Source of the DNA: an uncultured Bacteroides sp.
Lineage (GTDB): Bacteria; Bacillota; Clostridia; Christensenellales; CAG-917
Length of the DNA stretch: 64,000 bases
Reading direction: 5' to 3'
Assembly: GCA_964644355.1 (NCBI GenBank)
Contig: CAZXUW010000005.1
Span: 24,232 to 88,231 of the forward strand
The notes beneath the pieces were generated by a model. That model ran no database searches and was not told where the DNA came from. It saw nothing but the letters and a program-made list of their open reading frames with translations. The position numbers and the translations under genes were made by a program. The first letter of the stretch is position 1. Each line of letters starts with the position of its first letter. Positions 19,474 through 30,128 of this stretch are shown piece after piece.

Positions 19474-19582
19474 CTTCTCCCATCCGGACTATACCGTCGG
19501 TCAAGGAATTGCACCTTGTCGGCACGCTCTGCGTGTTTGCGGACTATACCGCCGGTGAGGATTTGCACCTCGCCCTGAAGTG
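19474..19582 (-). promoter_or_regulatory. FMN riboswitch (RFN element) aptamer
   Basis: The minus strand reads CTTCAGGGCGAGGTGCAAATCCTCACCGGCGGTATAGTCCGC...GACAAGGTGCAATTCCTTGACCGACGGTATAGTCCGGATGGGAGAAG. This matches the conserved RFN cores GGGxxGGTGxAAxTCCxxACCGGCGGTA and GCCGACxGTxxAGTCxGGATGGGAGAAG. Confidence 0.92.
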
Positions 19583-19587
19583 TATTT

Positions 19588-19616
19588 ATGTTAACTCATA
19601 CAGCTCGCATTGTCAA
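19588..19616 (-). promoter_or_regulatory. Sigma-A-type promoter driving the FMN riboswitch
   Basis: Minus strand: TTGACA (19616..19611), 17 nt, TAACAT (19593..19588). Confidence 0.5.
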
Positions 19617-20001
19617 GTATGCAAGTATGAAAATGCAATTTTTGCCCAACAATTGTCATATGCAATATGAATTTTTACCGCAAAACGAGTGCCAAGCCGT
19701 GCACAGTGGCACAAAATATTCCTCAACAGACGTCTCCTCTCTTGCCTTGATGGAAGATATGGTGATGAGTGCAAGATGTTTTGAGCATAACGAAAAGTGC
19801 ATTCTGTCACTTGTTCTCAAACCCTTCTTCCTTAAAAGCGAAAAGGATGAATACGTGAGCAATTTGGCACAAAATTTGAGTGACAAGACAAACAAGGACG
19901 TCATAATAACGCTTGATATTGACGTCTTTTGCAAAATTCACGACAATATGAGTGAGGAAGAAAAGCAATCGTTATATGAAAAAATCACGCAAAGAGCGTG
20001 A
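19588..20001 (+). CDS. Hypothetical protein (start uncertain)
   Basis: 137-aa ORF with no clear RBS. Its 5' end overlaps the divergent riboswitch promoter. No recognisable motifs. Confidence 0.3.
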   Translation: MLTHTARIVKYASMKMQFLPNNCHMQYEFLPQNECQAVHSGTKYSSTDVSSLALMEDMVMSARCFEHNEKCILSLVLKPFFLKSEKDEYVSNLAQNLSDKTNKDVIITLDIDVFCKIHDNMSEEEKQSLYEKITQRA

Positions 20002-20112
20002 TTTTACATGCTAACCAAAATAATATTCACCACTGCTATTTTGATTAATGTCGCAATCGCAAATGGATGATTTATATCAAAAGTTTAATATTATACGTGG
20101 AATAACCGGCAA

Positions 20113-20460
20113 TTATCCCTCGTATTTTTGCATGTTTTTGCCGTCTGCCCACAGCTTTTCAAGGCAATAGAACATTCTTGTTTCATCATTGAATATGTGC
20201 ACGATAACTCCACCGTAATCGAGCACTGCCCATTTGCCCTCTTGCACGCCTTCTACGTGTGACGGTTCAATACCATTCTCACTCATTTTGTCCTCGACAA
20301 ACTCGGCAAGTGCTCTGACTTGCTTGTTGCTTCTTGCGGTGCAAATGATAAAATAGTCCGTCAAAACAGTTAGATGTGCAACATCAAGGATGGTGATGTC
20401 GATGGCTTTATGCTCGTCGAGCTCGGCACAAATCAGATCTTTCATTTCAATTGGTTCCAT
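20113..20460 (-). CDS. rsfS: Ribosome silencing factor RsfS
   Basis: Typical RsfS core (DYFIICTARSNKQVRALAEFV, WAVLDYGGVIVHIF). A GGGAG RBS is present. Confidence 0.9.
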   Translation of the reverse strand: MEPIEMKDLICAELDEHKAIDITILDVAHLTVLTDYFIICTARSNKQVRALAEFVEDKMSENGIEPSHVEGVQEGKWAVLDYGGVIVHIFNDETRMFYCLEKLWADGKNMQKYEG

Positions 20461-20584
20461 ATAAACTCCCAGCCGATAATCGGCATTTTTCTATTGTATA
20501 ATAGTTATTTTCTGCAAATAACGTGTTTTGTATCACAATACTAGCATACTTTGGCACAATTTTCAATAGAAACGTCCATAATAT

Positions 20585-21697
20585 TCACTTCAAATAAAAC
20601 TCAACTGCCTCTTTGGTGAGCGGATGCATACCCTTTCCACTCTTTGCAACCTTGTTGTAGGTGTATTGAAGGACGGCTTTGAAACCATCGTCAAAGCTTG
20701 CCATCGCAATATTTCTAATTTGCGGAATTGGATCATACTCTCTGTCAAACGACACGCTGTCTGCTGTGTAGACAAGTCTTTCAAGTGTTGTCATATCCGC
20801 CTTTGCAGTGGTGTGATAGCGTATTGCATCGAGGATGCAATCATCCTGAATATCAAAGTCACGTCTTGCCTTTTCTGCACCCAAAAATTGATGTAAAACA
20901 GGCGTTCCAACTGCATCAATCGGCACGTTTAAGCCATCAACCGACGGGCGTTGTTTTGCGTTGTCATGAAGCAAACACGCCAAAAATACCTTTGTAAAAT
21001 CCTGCTTAAGATTGTGCAAAGAATTCAGCCTCACTGCTGTCAATACAACAGCTTTGCTATGCTCAAAAAGCTCCTCGCTTTGATAGGAATGAAGTTTGCC
21101 AACCATATCTTTGTAGTCATCAAACAAACCTTTCTCCACAATCTTGTCGTACACTCTCTTATCTAGCTCTTGCGGTCTTTCACCCAAAAGCAATTTTGCT
21201 CTGATTCCAGATGATGATACGTCTTTGCCAACGTAGCTTAAGGGAATAATTTGTCCGCCATACTTGCTCTCAAGTGCTTTTGCGTGACAGGATAAGTCGT
21301 CATATCCCTCTCTATTGCAGACGGCAACGGGACAAGTTTGCAACACTTGCTCGGGATGATACCAGCTATCAAAACGCTCAAGGCTGTCTCCCCCGATCAA
21401 ATATACTATATCACCGTACTTTTGCTTGAGAAGTGGCAGAATAAGAGCACTGTAATTGTCCTTTCTACGTTGATTTTCAATGTCGTCAATCTCAAAATCA
21501 ATGCCGTCAAATGCGACCTGAATAAGCTCACACCTTAGCTCAAACGTCAAAAATACCCCACTTTTGTACACAGGGGAAAAGGTTGGAACAATGACGAGCT
21601 TGGATATGCCAAGTTCGCTCATAGCACGCTTGCACATATTGACGTGCTCTATGTGAGGCGGATCAAATGAACCTCCGAAAACCAAAACTTTACTCAT
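20585..21697 (-). CDS. nadD: Fusion of nicotinate-nucleotide adenylyltransferase NadD and a YqeK-type HD phosphohydrolase
   Basis: The N-terminal half has GGSFDPPHIEH (the (H/T)xGH motif) and ISSSGIR. The C-terminal half has the HD motif LLHDNAK. Both are in one ORF. The start is at MSKVLVF (ATG 21697), with TATAAT ending 7 nt upstream. Confidence 0.85.
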   Translation of the reverse strand: MSKVLVFGGSFDPPHIEHVNMCKRAMSELGISKLVIVPTFSPVYKSGVFLTFELRCELIQVAFDGIDFEIDDIENQRRKDNYSALILPLLKQKYGDIVYLIGGDSLERFDSWYHPEQVLQTCPVAVCNREGYDDLSCHAKALESKYGGQIIPLSYVGKDVSSSGIRAKLLLGERPQELDKRVYDKIVEKGLFDDYKDMVGKLHSYQSEELFEHSKAVVLTAVRLNSLHNLKQDFTKVFLACLLHDNAKQRPSVDGLNVPIDAVGTPVLHQFLGAEKARRDFDIQDDCILDAIRYHTTAKADMTTLERLVYTADSVSFDREYDPIPQIRNIAMASFDDGFKAVLQYTYNKVAKSGKGMHPLTKEAVEFYLK

Positions 21698-21779
21698 AAA
21701 AATATTATACCTACAAAACGCTTTTATGGCAAGAAAACTATTGTGTATCAAACAAGTTTTTTTTGCCAACAATAGAAGT

Positions 21780-22556
21780 ATGGCAAAAATCGTGGACTAC
21801 ATAAGCGGAACGTTTATCATTGCACTGGTGCTGTTTGTTTTCTGCATATCCGCAACACACAATCTTGCAATATCTTTGATAGTTGCAATTTCGCTCAGCA
21901 TTGCTTGCACATTTAGCATAGGATATGTATCCGCCAAAAAAAGCAAGCCGTATTCTGTGGATAGATTTGAACTTGAATTGTGTATGCGAGAAAATGAATA
22001 TGCGATAAATTTGCTGTTGAGTGTTATAAAAAATGGCAAATTTGAGAATACCCGTAGTTATATTTTGCTTAAAAATAGCCTAATAGTTGCCAATTTTAAG
22101 TTTTCAGCACTTTCTTATGCCGACATCAATTCCGCCCTGCAAATCGCAGTGAAACACGGCAAAAAGAAGATCTATATGCTTGCAAAGAGTATCGACAGAA
22201 AGGCATATCAACTTGCCAACATACAGCAGTTGGATATTGAACTTGTCAAGACAAGAGCACTATACAAGTTTTTGCAAAAAAATAATGCCCTACCGAATTT
22301 GAAAAAACAAAAAGTCAAACTCAATCTCAAACAGTTGATTGAAATCGTACTGTCAAGACGCAATTTGAAAAGCTATCTTTTTTCAGGCGCAATCCTTGTT
22401 GCAGTCTCATTCTTGACTCCGCTGAAAGTCTACTATCTGACGTTTGGCACAATCTTGCTGGTGCTTGCACTTTTATCCCTCACACCACTTGGCAACGGGC
22501 AAATAACGTCACAAAAGGTGTTTGATCAATTGCAAAAAGAATTGGAAGATGAATAA
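21780..22556 (+). CDS. Hypothetical membrane protein (2 N-terminal and 2 C-terminal TM segments)
   Basis: Hydrophobic segments lie at both ends with a ~150-aa soluble core between them. No confident family assignment. Confidence 0.5.
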   Translation: MAKIVDYISGTFIIALVLFVFCISATHNLAISLIVAISLSIACTFSIGYVSAKKSKPYSVDRFELELCMRENEYAINLLLSVIKNGKFENTRSYILLKNSLIVANFKFSALSYADINSALQIAVKHGKKKIYMLAKSIDRKAYQLANIQQLDIELVKTRALYKFLQKNNALPNLKKQKVKLNLKQLIEIVLSRRNLKSYLFSGAILVAVSFLTPLKVYYLTFGTILLVLALLSLTPLGNGQITSQKVFDQLQKELEDE

Positions 22557-22610
22557 GCCACATTAAAATATTTGTCGCATATGTGTATCAATAACAAAAA
22601 AGCACCCATC

Positions 22611-22649
22611 AAAAACAAAACCCAACGTACATGCAGTACGCATTTTGGG
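22611..22649 (-). terminator. Rho-independent terminator (minus-strand orientation)
   Basis: Minus strand: CCCAAAATGCGTACtgcatGTACGTTGGG followed by TTTTGTTTTTG. Confidence 0.55.
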
Positions 22650-22727
22650 AGATGATGAGTGTTTATTCAGTTTTTGACGTCTAATAAAATATTTGATTTG
22701 TGCTCTAAATAGATAAATAACAAGGAA

Positions 22728-22786
22728 GTAGCCTTCAAATGCAATTCTAGTGTACATAGCGTACACGAATTGAAGTTGAAGGCTAC
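22728..22786 (-). other. Long imperfect hairpin just downstream of obg
   Basis: GTAGCCTTCAA...CAATTC..GTGTAC-atagc-GTACAC-GAATTG...TTGAAGGCTAC, with about 23 paired positions. It starts 28 nt after the obg stop. Confidence 0.6.
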
Positions 22787-22813
22787 TGACGAAGTTAGTC
22801 GCAATTTAGTGCG

Positions 22814-24178
<1,365 letters not shown>

Positions 24179-24256
24179 CTAGGCTCACCGCCTTGCAGTT
24201 CGTGTTCCGTCTTTGAATATGCATATTCCGTTTATAAGTACGCTGTGAATAAGTTG

Positions 24257-25633
24257 TTAATGGCTTATCTCTTCCAATATAGCTTGGGCGCTCTTTTTGC
24301 CGGCTCCCATTGCCAAAATGACTGTTGCCGAGCCTGTCATGGCATCTCCTCCGACGTACAGTCGTGGGATGTTGGTGCGACCGCACTCATCCGCTTCGAT
24401 TGTGCCCTTGCGTGTTGTTTGCAATGACGGCATACTACTCTTGATGATGGGATTTGGCGTTGTGCCAAGTGCAACTATAACCTCGTCGCAAGCAATATCA
24501 AATTCGCTACCCTCAATGGGTTTTGGACTGCGTCTACCGCTTGCATCCGGCTCGCCAAGCTCCATACGCACACATCTTATGCCTTTCACGTTGCCTTGCT
24601 CGTCACCGAGGATTTCCACGGGGTTTGTCAAAAAGTTGAACACAACTCCCTCCTCTTCTGCGTGGTCGATCTCCTCATGTCTTGCAGGCATCTCTGCACG
24701 TCCTCTGCGATAAACCAAATTTACGTCAGCCCCCATACGCAAAGCAGTTCTTGCACTGTCCATTGCCACGTTGCCTGCTCCTACGACGACAACACTCTTG
24801 CCTCTCTTTATCGGCGTGATGCTATCTTGTCTATAAGCCTTCATGAGGTTTATTCTTGTGAGATATTCGTTTGCGGAATAGACGCCGTTGAAGTTCTCGC
24901 CGGGGATACGCAAAAACATGGGCACGCCTGCTCCCGTTCCGACAAAGACTGCATCGTATTCAAAGAGCAATTCGTCAAGGAATATTGTCTTGCCAACAAC
25001 GACGTTTGTGCAAATTTCCACACCCAAAGCACGCACCTCGTCTATCTCTTGTTCGACAAGTGCCTTTGGCAATCTAAACTCAGGGATGCCGTACACAAGC
25101 ACACCGCCGACCTCGTGCAATGCCTCGAACATTGTGACATCAACACCTGCTTTTGCAAGGTCGCATGCACAAGAAAGAGATGCCGGACCTGAACCGACAA
25201 CGGCAACTTTTTTGCCTATCTTCTTTGTCAACGTGACCTTTTCTGGGAGATTTTGCATACCCCTATCGGCAACGTATCTTTCAAGATTGCCGATTGCAAC
25301 GCTTCCGCCAAGCTTTTCGTTGTTGCGTACGCAATGCTTTTCGCATTGGTTCTCTTGCGGGCATACTCTACCGCAAATAGCAGGCAAATTATTGTCAGAT
25401 TTGAGCACTCTATACGCCTCGTCCATATTGCCAAGTGCGACGTTTTTGATAAATGTCGGGATATGCACACCCACAGGGCAACCGCTCATGCAAGGTGCGT
25501 TTCTGCAATTTAGGCATCTTTGTGCCTCGGCTTGTGCAAGCTCAACGCTGTAGCCAAGTGCGACTTCGTCAAAATTGTTTCTTCTTTCCTCTGCCGATTG
25601 AGTTGGCATGGAACGTCTTTTCTCAACCGTCAT
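24257..25633 (-). CDS. nfnB: NfnB/GltD/SudA-like NADPH-dependent oxidoreductase large subunit
   Basis: N-terminal Fe-S Cys clusters (CLNCRNAPC..CPV; CGRVCPQENQCEKHC) and the dinucleotide fold VAVVGSGPASL. An ATGA overlap with the upstream small subunit suggests translational coupling. Confidence 0.8.
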   Translation of the reverse strand: MTVEKRRSMPTQSAEERRNNFDEVALGYSVELAQAEAQRCLNCRNAPCMSGCPVGVHIPTFIKNVALGNMDEAYRVLKSDNNLPAICGRVCPQENQCEKHCVRNNEKLGGSVAIGNLERYVADRGMQNLPEKVTLTKKIGKKVAVVGSGPASLSCACDLAKAGVDVTMFEALHEVGGVLVYGIPEFRLPKALVEQEIDEVRALGVEICTNVVVGKTIFLDELLFEYDAVFVGTGAGVPMFLRIPGENFNGVYSANEYLTRINLMKAYRQDSITPIKRGKSVVVVGAGNVAMDSARTALRMGADVNLVYRRGRAEMPARHEEIDHAEEEGVVFNFLTNPVEILGDEQGNVKGIRCVRMELGEPDASGRRSPKPIEGSEFDIACDEVIVALGTTPNPIIKSSMPSLQTTRKGTIEADECGRTNIPRLYVGGDAMTGSATVILAMGAGKKSAQAILEEISH

Positions 25634-26457
25634 ACACGCCCCCTCAATTTGCAAGCAGACTCGTGCTCTTTGTACATCTTTGAACGCAAAACAGCCTCGT
25701 CAAAGTCAACAAGACGTCCGTCAAATTCCGGTCCGTCAACGCAAGCGTATTTGATTTGTCCGCCAACGCTCACTCGACAGCATCCGCACATACCCGTGCC
25801 GTCAACCATCATGGAATTCATGCTGACAATGGTGTGAACGTCAAATTGATTGGTGATTTGGCAAACACTTTTCATCATCTGAAGCGGACCTACCGCAAAC
25901 ACGCAATCGTATTGTTTGCCACCCTCGATAAGCTTTTTGAGCATATCGGTGACAAAGCCTTTCTCACCCTTTGAACCATCGTCGGTGACGACGTAAAGAT
26001 TGTTTGCAAAAGCTTGAAAATCATCCTCGTACACAAGCAAACTTTGATTTCTTGCTCCAATAATCACATCGCAAGGTTTGCCGATATTTTTGAGCTGTTT
26101 TGCTTGCGGATAAATCACCGCAGAGCCTATTCCGCCACCTATTAGGCATATATTTTTATACTCGGATAAATCCGTGGGATTGCCAAGCGGACCGACAAAA
26201 TCTTTGAGGCAATCTCCCTCACTCATGCTTGCAAGTCGTTCTGTTGTGTAGCCGACTTCTTGCACAAGAATAGATACGGTGCCATCCTTGCGAGAATAAT
26301 CGCAAATGGTGAAAGGCACTCTTTCGCCATCATCGTGCGTGCGAAGAATGATAAACTGCCCTGCAAGGCAATGTTTGGCAACGAGCGGAGCGTAAATGAC
26401 ATATTCGTTCACCCTCTCTGCAAGTGCTTTTTTTGAAATAATTTCAAACGTTTTCAT
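25630..26457 (-). CDS. nfnA: NfnA/SudB-like FAD/NAD(P)-binding small subunit
   Basis: Ferredoxin-reductase-type fold (RVPFTICD, LIGGGIGSAVIYP) with the C-terminal Cys cluster CGCCRV...YACVDGP. Confidence 0.8.
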   Translation of the reverse strand: MKTFEIISKKALAERVNEYVIYAPLVAKHCLAGQFIILRTHDDGERVPFTICDYSRKDGTVSILVQEVGYTTERLASMSEGDCLKDFVGPLGNPTDLSEYKNICLIGGGIGSAVIYPQAKQLKNIGKPCDVIIGARNQSLLVYEDDFQAFANNLYVVTDDGSKGEKGFVTDMLKKLIEGGKQYDCVFAVGPLQMMKSVCQITNQFDVHTIVSMNSMMVDGTGMCGCCRVSVGGQIKYACVDGPEFDGRLVDFDEAVLRSKMYKEHESACKLRGRV

Positions 26458-26487
26458 AGTTATGGTACCGCTTTTTCTCACCACAAA

Positions 26488-27114
26488 TTATTGCGTGATT
26501 TTCTTGTAATATTCGCAAAGTTCTCTAACGTTGCATTTGTCGCACTCAGGTCTTTGCGAGTGGCAAACGTATCTGCCGTGAAAGATGAGCAAATGATGCA
26601 GATGCGACCAAAGCTCCTCATCAAAGGCGGACATCAATGCAACCTCTGTCTGCTCCGGCGTTTTTGCGTGCACGATGCCAAGCCTGTTGGCAACCCTAAA
26701 GACGTGTGTGTCCACTGCGATTGCATTTCCGCCATACGCAACGGCGTACACGACGTTTGCCGTCTTTCTGCCAACGCCGTCAAGCGTCATAAGCTCATCA
26801 CGTGTGGTGGGCATACCCCCTCTTGCGATTATGCTTGCACTCAAACTCTTGATTGCCTTTGCCTTGTTGTGATAAAAACCGCATGAGAATATGTGCCTCT
26901 CAAGCTCCTCAACGTCCATATTTGCAAACTGCTCGGGGGTATTTGCGATTTTGAAAAGCTCCTCTGTGACCTTGTTCACTCGCTTATCAGTGCATTGAGC
27001 AGACAGCACCACCGCCACAAGGAGCTCAAATGGTGTTGCATAATTAAGCTCGCAATCCGCCGTGTGGTGCATTTGATCGAGCAATTGATAAATTTGCACG
27101 TCGATATCTCTCAT
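26488..27114 (-). CDS. nth: Endonuclease III
   Basis: HhH-GPD motif LMTLDGVGRKTANVV, catalytic region AVDTHVFRV, and the C-terminal 4Fe-4S cluster CHSQRPECDKCNVRELC. Confidence 0.9.
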   Translation of the reverse strand: MRDIDVQIYQLLDQMHHTADCELNYATPFELLVAVVLSAQCTDKRVNKVTEELFKIANTPEQFANMDVEELERHIFSCGFYHNKAKAIKSLSASIIARGGMPTTRDELMTLDGVGRKTANVVYAVAYGGNAIAVDTHVFRVANRLGIVHAKTPEQTEVALMSAFDEELWSHLHHLLIFHGRYVCHSQRPECDKCNVRELCEYYKKITQ

Positions 27115-27181
27115 GTGAGTTATTATTGCACAAAAACGCACTTTTTGCAAGAAAATCAGCGTGCATATAAATATTATAACT

Positions 27182-27430
27182 CTACATTCTTATTATATTG
27201 CCGTTTGCACCCAGATAATAAATGCCGATTTGAGAATTGTATCGTCCTCTCATAAGCACAACTCTAGCCACGTTCATATCCTTTGCAAACAGCTTTACGG
27301 ACAATCCGCAACCTATGCCTGCTGACGACGGCGTGTTGATAAGCTTGGCGGATATGTTGTAGTTTGTAAGCTCCTCAAAAAAGCGGACTGCCTCTTGACG
27401 AGAGCGAAATGCAATAAAAAATTCTCTCAT
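27182..27430 (-). CDS. DUF3343-like small protein
   Basis: 82-aa protein MREFFIAFRSRQEAVRFFEEL...INTPSSAGIGCGLSV, resembling the DUF3343 pattern. A GGGAGGAAG RBS is present. It is divergent from a class-V aminotransferase gene. Confidence 0.55.
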   Translation of the reverse strand: MREFFIAFRSRQEAVRFFEELTNYNISAKLINTPSSAGIGCGLSVKLFAKDMNVARVVLMRGRYNSQIGIYYLGANGNIIRM

Positions 27431-27525
27431 ACTTCCTCCCAAATTATATGTATCCGCTCAAAATCAGTATACTGAAAAAACACATTTTTCGTGCAAAAAC
27501 GCATATCGTGCAAAGAGGAGAAATT

Positions 27526-28653
27526 ATGGTATATTTGGACAACTCTGCAACCTCACGATATAAGCCGAAATGTGTAATCGACACGATACTATATGACACA
27601 ACACACTCTGCAAACAGCGGACGAAGCGGACATAGCGAAGCAATAAAAGCTGAATTTCAAATGCAAAATTGCAGAAATTATCTAAAAAAGATGCTGGGTG
27701 CGAACGATGAATACGAGGTGATATTCACAAAGAGTTGCACAGAGGCTCTCAACCTTGCAATTTTGGGAGGAATAAAGGATAAAAGCAGTGTTCTAACCAC
27801 GTCAAATGAACATAATTCAGCTTTGCGACCGCTTGCAAAATTGAAAGACGAAGGCAAAATCGAGTTGGAAATTGTAAATTCAAATAATGTTGGAAGGCTG
27901 AATTATGTTGATTTTGAGCAAAAAGCAAAAAATAAAAACGTGATTGTGACAGGAAGTGTGTCGAATGTCACGGGATATGTCTGTGACCTTGAAAAAGTCG
28001 GCAAAATCGCAAAAGAAAATAACGCACTTTTTATCGTGGACGGAGCTCAAGGAGTGCCGATTGTTGACATAAACATGGTGAATATGGGCATTGATATGCT
28101 AGCTTGTCCTGCTCATAAAGGGTTACACGCATTGCAAGGCGTGGGGTTTTTGATTGTGAGAAAGGATATATTGCTAAAACCGTTGATATACGGCGGTACG
28201 GGCACTCTGTCAAACGAGGTGTTGCCACCAATAGTTATGCCTGAAAGCTTTGAGGCAGGCACACAGTTTTCCGCAGGGATAAATGCGTTGTTGCAAGGGG
28301 CAAAATGGAGTGTTGAAAACGTTGAAGAAACAAGAAAACACCTTGTTAGAATGTCGAAAAAAGTGATAGGTATTTTGAATAACATCTCCGCAAAAGTATA
28401 TTGTTTGGACAACAGAGCCGGCATCGTATCTTTCAATATAGACGACGTTGACAGCGGTGCGATAGCAGACGAATTGAATGTGCAAGACATTTGCGTGCGA
28501 GCAGGGCTTGAGTGTGCTCCCCTTCTTCACAAGCAGTTGGGCACAAGTTTGCAAGGAGTGGTGAGATTGAGCGTTGGTGTGGATACGACGGACAAAGATA
28601 TTGCAATCTTTGCAAATGCCATTGAACGCATTGCAAAAAAGTACCGCATGTAA
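27526..28653 (+). CDS. Class-V aminotransferase-fold PLP enzyme (cysteine desulfurase / selenocysteine lyase-like)
   Basis: MVYLDNSATS start, PLP-Lys context ACPAHKGLHALQGVGFL, and the C-terminal Cys loop VRAGLECAPLLH. A GAGGAG RBS is present. Confidence 0.85.
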   Translation: MVYLDNSATSRYKPKCVIDTILYDTTHSANSGRSGHSEAIKAEFQMQNCRNYLKKMLGANDEYEVIFTKSCTEALNLAILGGIKDKSSVLTTSNEHNSALRPLAKLKDEGKIELEIVNSNNVGRLNYVDFEQKAKNKNVIVTGSVSNVTGYVCDLEKVGKIAKENNALFIVDGAQGVPIVDINMVNMGIDMLACPAHKGLHALQGVGFLIVRKDILLKPLIYGGTGTLSNEVLPPIVMPESFEAGTQFSAGINALLQGAKWSVENVEETRKHLVRMSKKVIGILNNISAKVYCLDNRAGIVSFNIDDVDSGAIADELNVQDICVRAGLECAPLLHKQLGTSLQGVVRLSVGVDTTDKDIAIFANAIERIAKKYRM

Positions 28654-28712
28654 AGCTGACAAATATTCGACAATCTTGCGGTATTGAAAGAAATGGCGGA
28701 TATTTTTGCAAA

Positions 28713-29825
28713 TTACAACCGCAAAATTCTTCTACCATCAACTGAAATGCAAGCGTTTAGAATGCTTGTTTTTGCCTGTTGAGGTGTGATACCTCTATGC
28801 TTTTGGCAAAGTAGACAACAAGCTCCTGCAACGTATGGGGCACTTGTAGACGTTCCACTCATACGGGTGTATACTCCGCCGTTTTTTAGTCCGTCAACAC
28901 TCACACCGTCCGCATATAAGTCAGGACGAATTCTGCCATAGTAAGTGCCTATTGAGGTGAACGGAGCAATATTGTTTTGACTATCCACCGCTCCTACGGA
29001 TATGACTTCACCGCTGATCGAGGGGGATTTTATGGAGTTTTCTCCGCTGTTGCCCGAGGCTACTACAACTATAAGTCCGCTTCTTGCAAGCATTTCCGCT
29101 CCCATCTTGAGTGGATCGGCATAATCTAAAGGTTCTGCACCGAAACTCATGCACACAACCCTAACTCCGTATCGTCTAAAATTGTCAAAAAGCCACTGCA
29201 TTCCGTCCAAAATCTTGAACGTTCCGCTCTCTCCGCTCTTTGAGATGACTTTGACGGATAAAACGTTTGCCTTGGGTGCAACTCCAACAATTTCTCGCCC
29301 TGAACATATACCGTTTCCGCATGCGACTCCTGCCACAAACGTGCCATGTCCGTTGTCGTCATAGGTGTATTTTTCACCGTTGATCATATCCACGGCATCT
29401 ATAATTCTGTTTTGCGGAAAGCATAAATCCAAATGCGGAGAAACCCCCGTATCCATAACACAAAGGGTGACTCCCTCTCCGCTAAATTTGCTATTGAAAT
29501 TGGCATTTAATATGCGGTTAGATTGCTGAAAATCGTTGGTGTCAAGGGTGAAAACTCTCCCCTGTGCCGTCACGTATTCAACCTCGCTCATACCATCTAG
29601 ACGGACTGCATCTTCAACCGTGCATCTTATGCCCACACTGCGTATAAACGGATAATCGGCAACCACATCAAAATGCCTCTCGATAAGCCCGATATGCAAC
29701 GGGTTGCGTACTCGCACAATGGCTGAAACTTTTGCCTCTGCACTTGACAATACCTTGCAAAGTCCACCGCTTATTTTGGTTGACTTGTCAAGCTCTTTTA
29801 GCACCCTCAAGTCTATTTTGTCCAT
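28713..29825 (-). CDS. S8 (subtilisin-like) serine peptidase with N-terminal propeptide-like region, no signal peptide
   Basis: Catalytic triad contexts VMDTGV (Asp), DNGHGTFVAG (His) and SGTSTSAPYVAG (Ser). An AGGGGTGAT RBS precedes ATG 29825. Confidence 0.85.
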   Translation of the reverse strand: MDKIDLRVLKELDKSTKISGGLCKVLSSAEAKVSAIVRVRNPLHIGLIERHFDVVADYPFIRSVGIRCTVEDAVRLDGMSEVEYVTAQGRVFTLDTNDFQQSNRILNANFNSKFSGEGVTLCVMDTGVSPHLDLCFPQNRIIDAVDMINGEKYTYDDNGHGTFVAGVACGNGICSGREIVGVAPKANVLSVKVISKSGESGTFKILDGMQWLFDNFRRYGVRVVCMSFGAEPLDYADPLKMGAEMLARSGLIVVVASGNSGENSIKSPSISGEVISVGAVDSQNNIAPFTSIGTYYGRIRPDLYADGVSVDGLKNGGVYTRMSGTSTSAPYVAGACCLLCQKHRGITPQQAKTSILNACISVDGRRILRL

Positions 29826-29826
29826 A

Positions 29827-30069
29827 TCACCCCTTGAGCAAGTCGATAATGCCACGCATTTTTTGTTGCTGTTGCTCACTCAAGCTCGGTGAGGCAAGAG
29901 TGTACAGACGCTCAAGTGCATCGGCATCAAATTTGCCCTCGCTTTTTTGCTCGTTTACTTTGTCTATGAGCGTTTTCATAAGCTCATCTTGACTCATACC
30001 TGCATACTTTTTGTAGCCATCTAATAAATCCTCTCCTCTGCTCATGCCGTTCAAATCGTTAAAATTCAT
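29827..30069 (-). CDS. Hypothetical small protein (80 aa)
   Basis: A GGAGG RBS precedes ATG 30069, and the stop abuts the S8 peptidase start. No recognised motif. Confidence 0.5.
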   Translation of the reverse strand: MNFNDLNGMSRGEDLLDGYKKYAGMSQDELMKTLIDKVNEQKSEGKFDADALERLYTLASPSLSEQQQQKMRGIIDLLKG

Positions 30070-30128
30070 AAATTCCTCCGCACCTTCAATATATGCTCGC
30101 ATACAATGATTGTGACGGCGAGGTGAAA

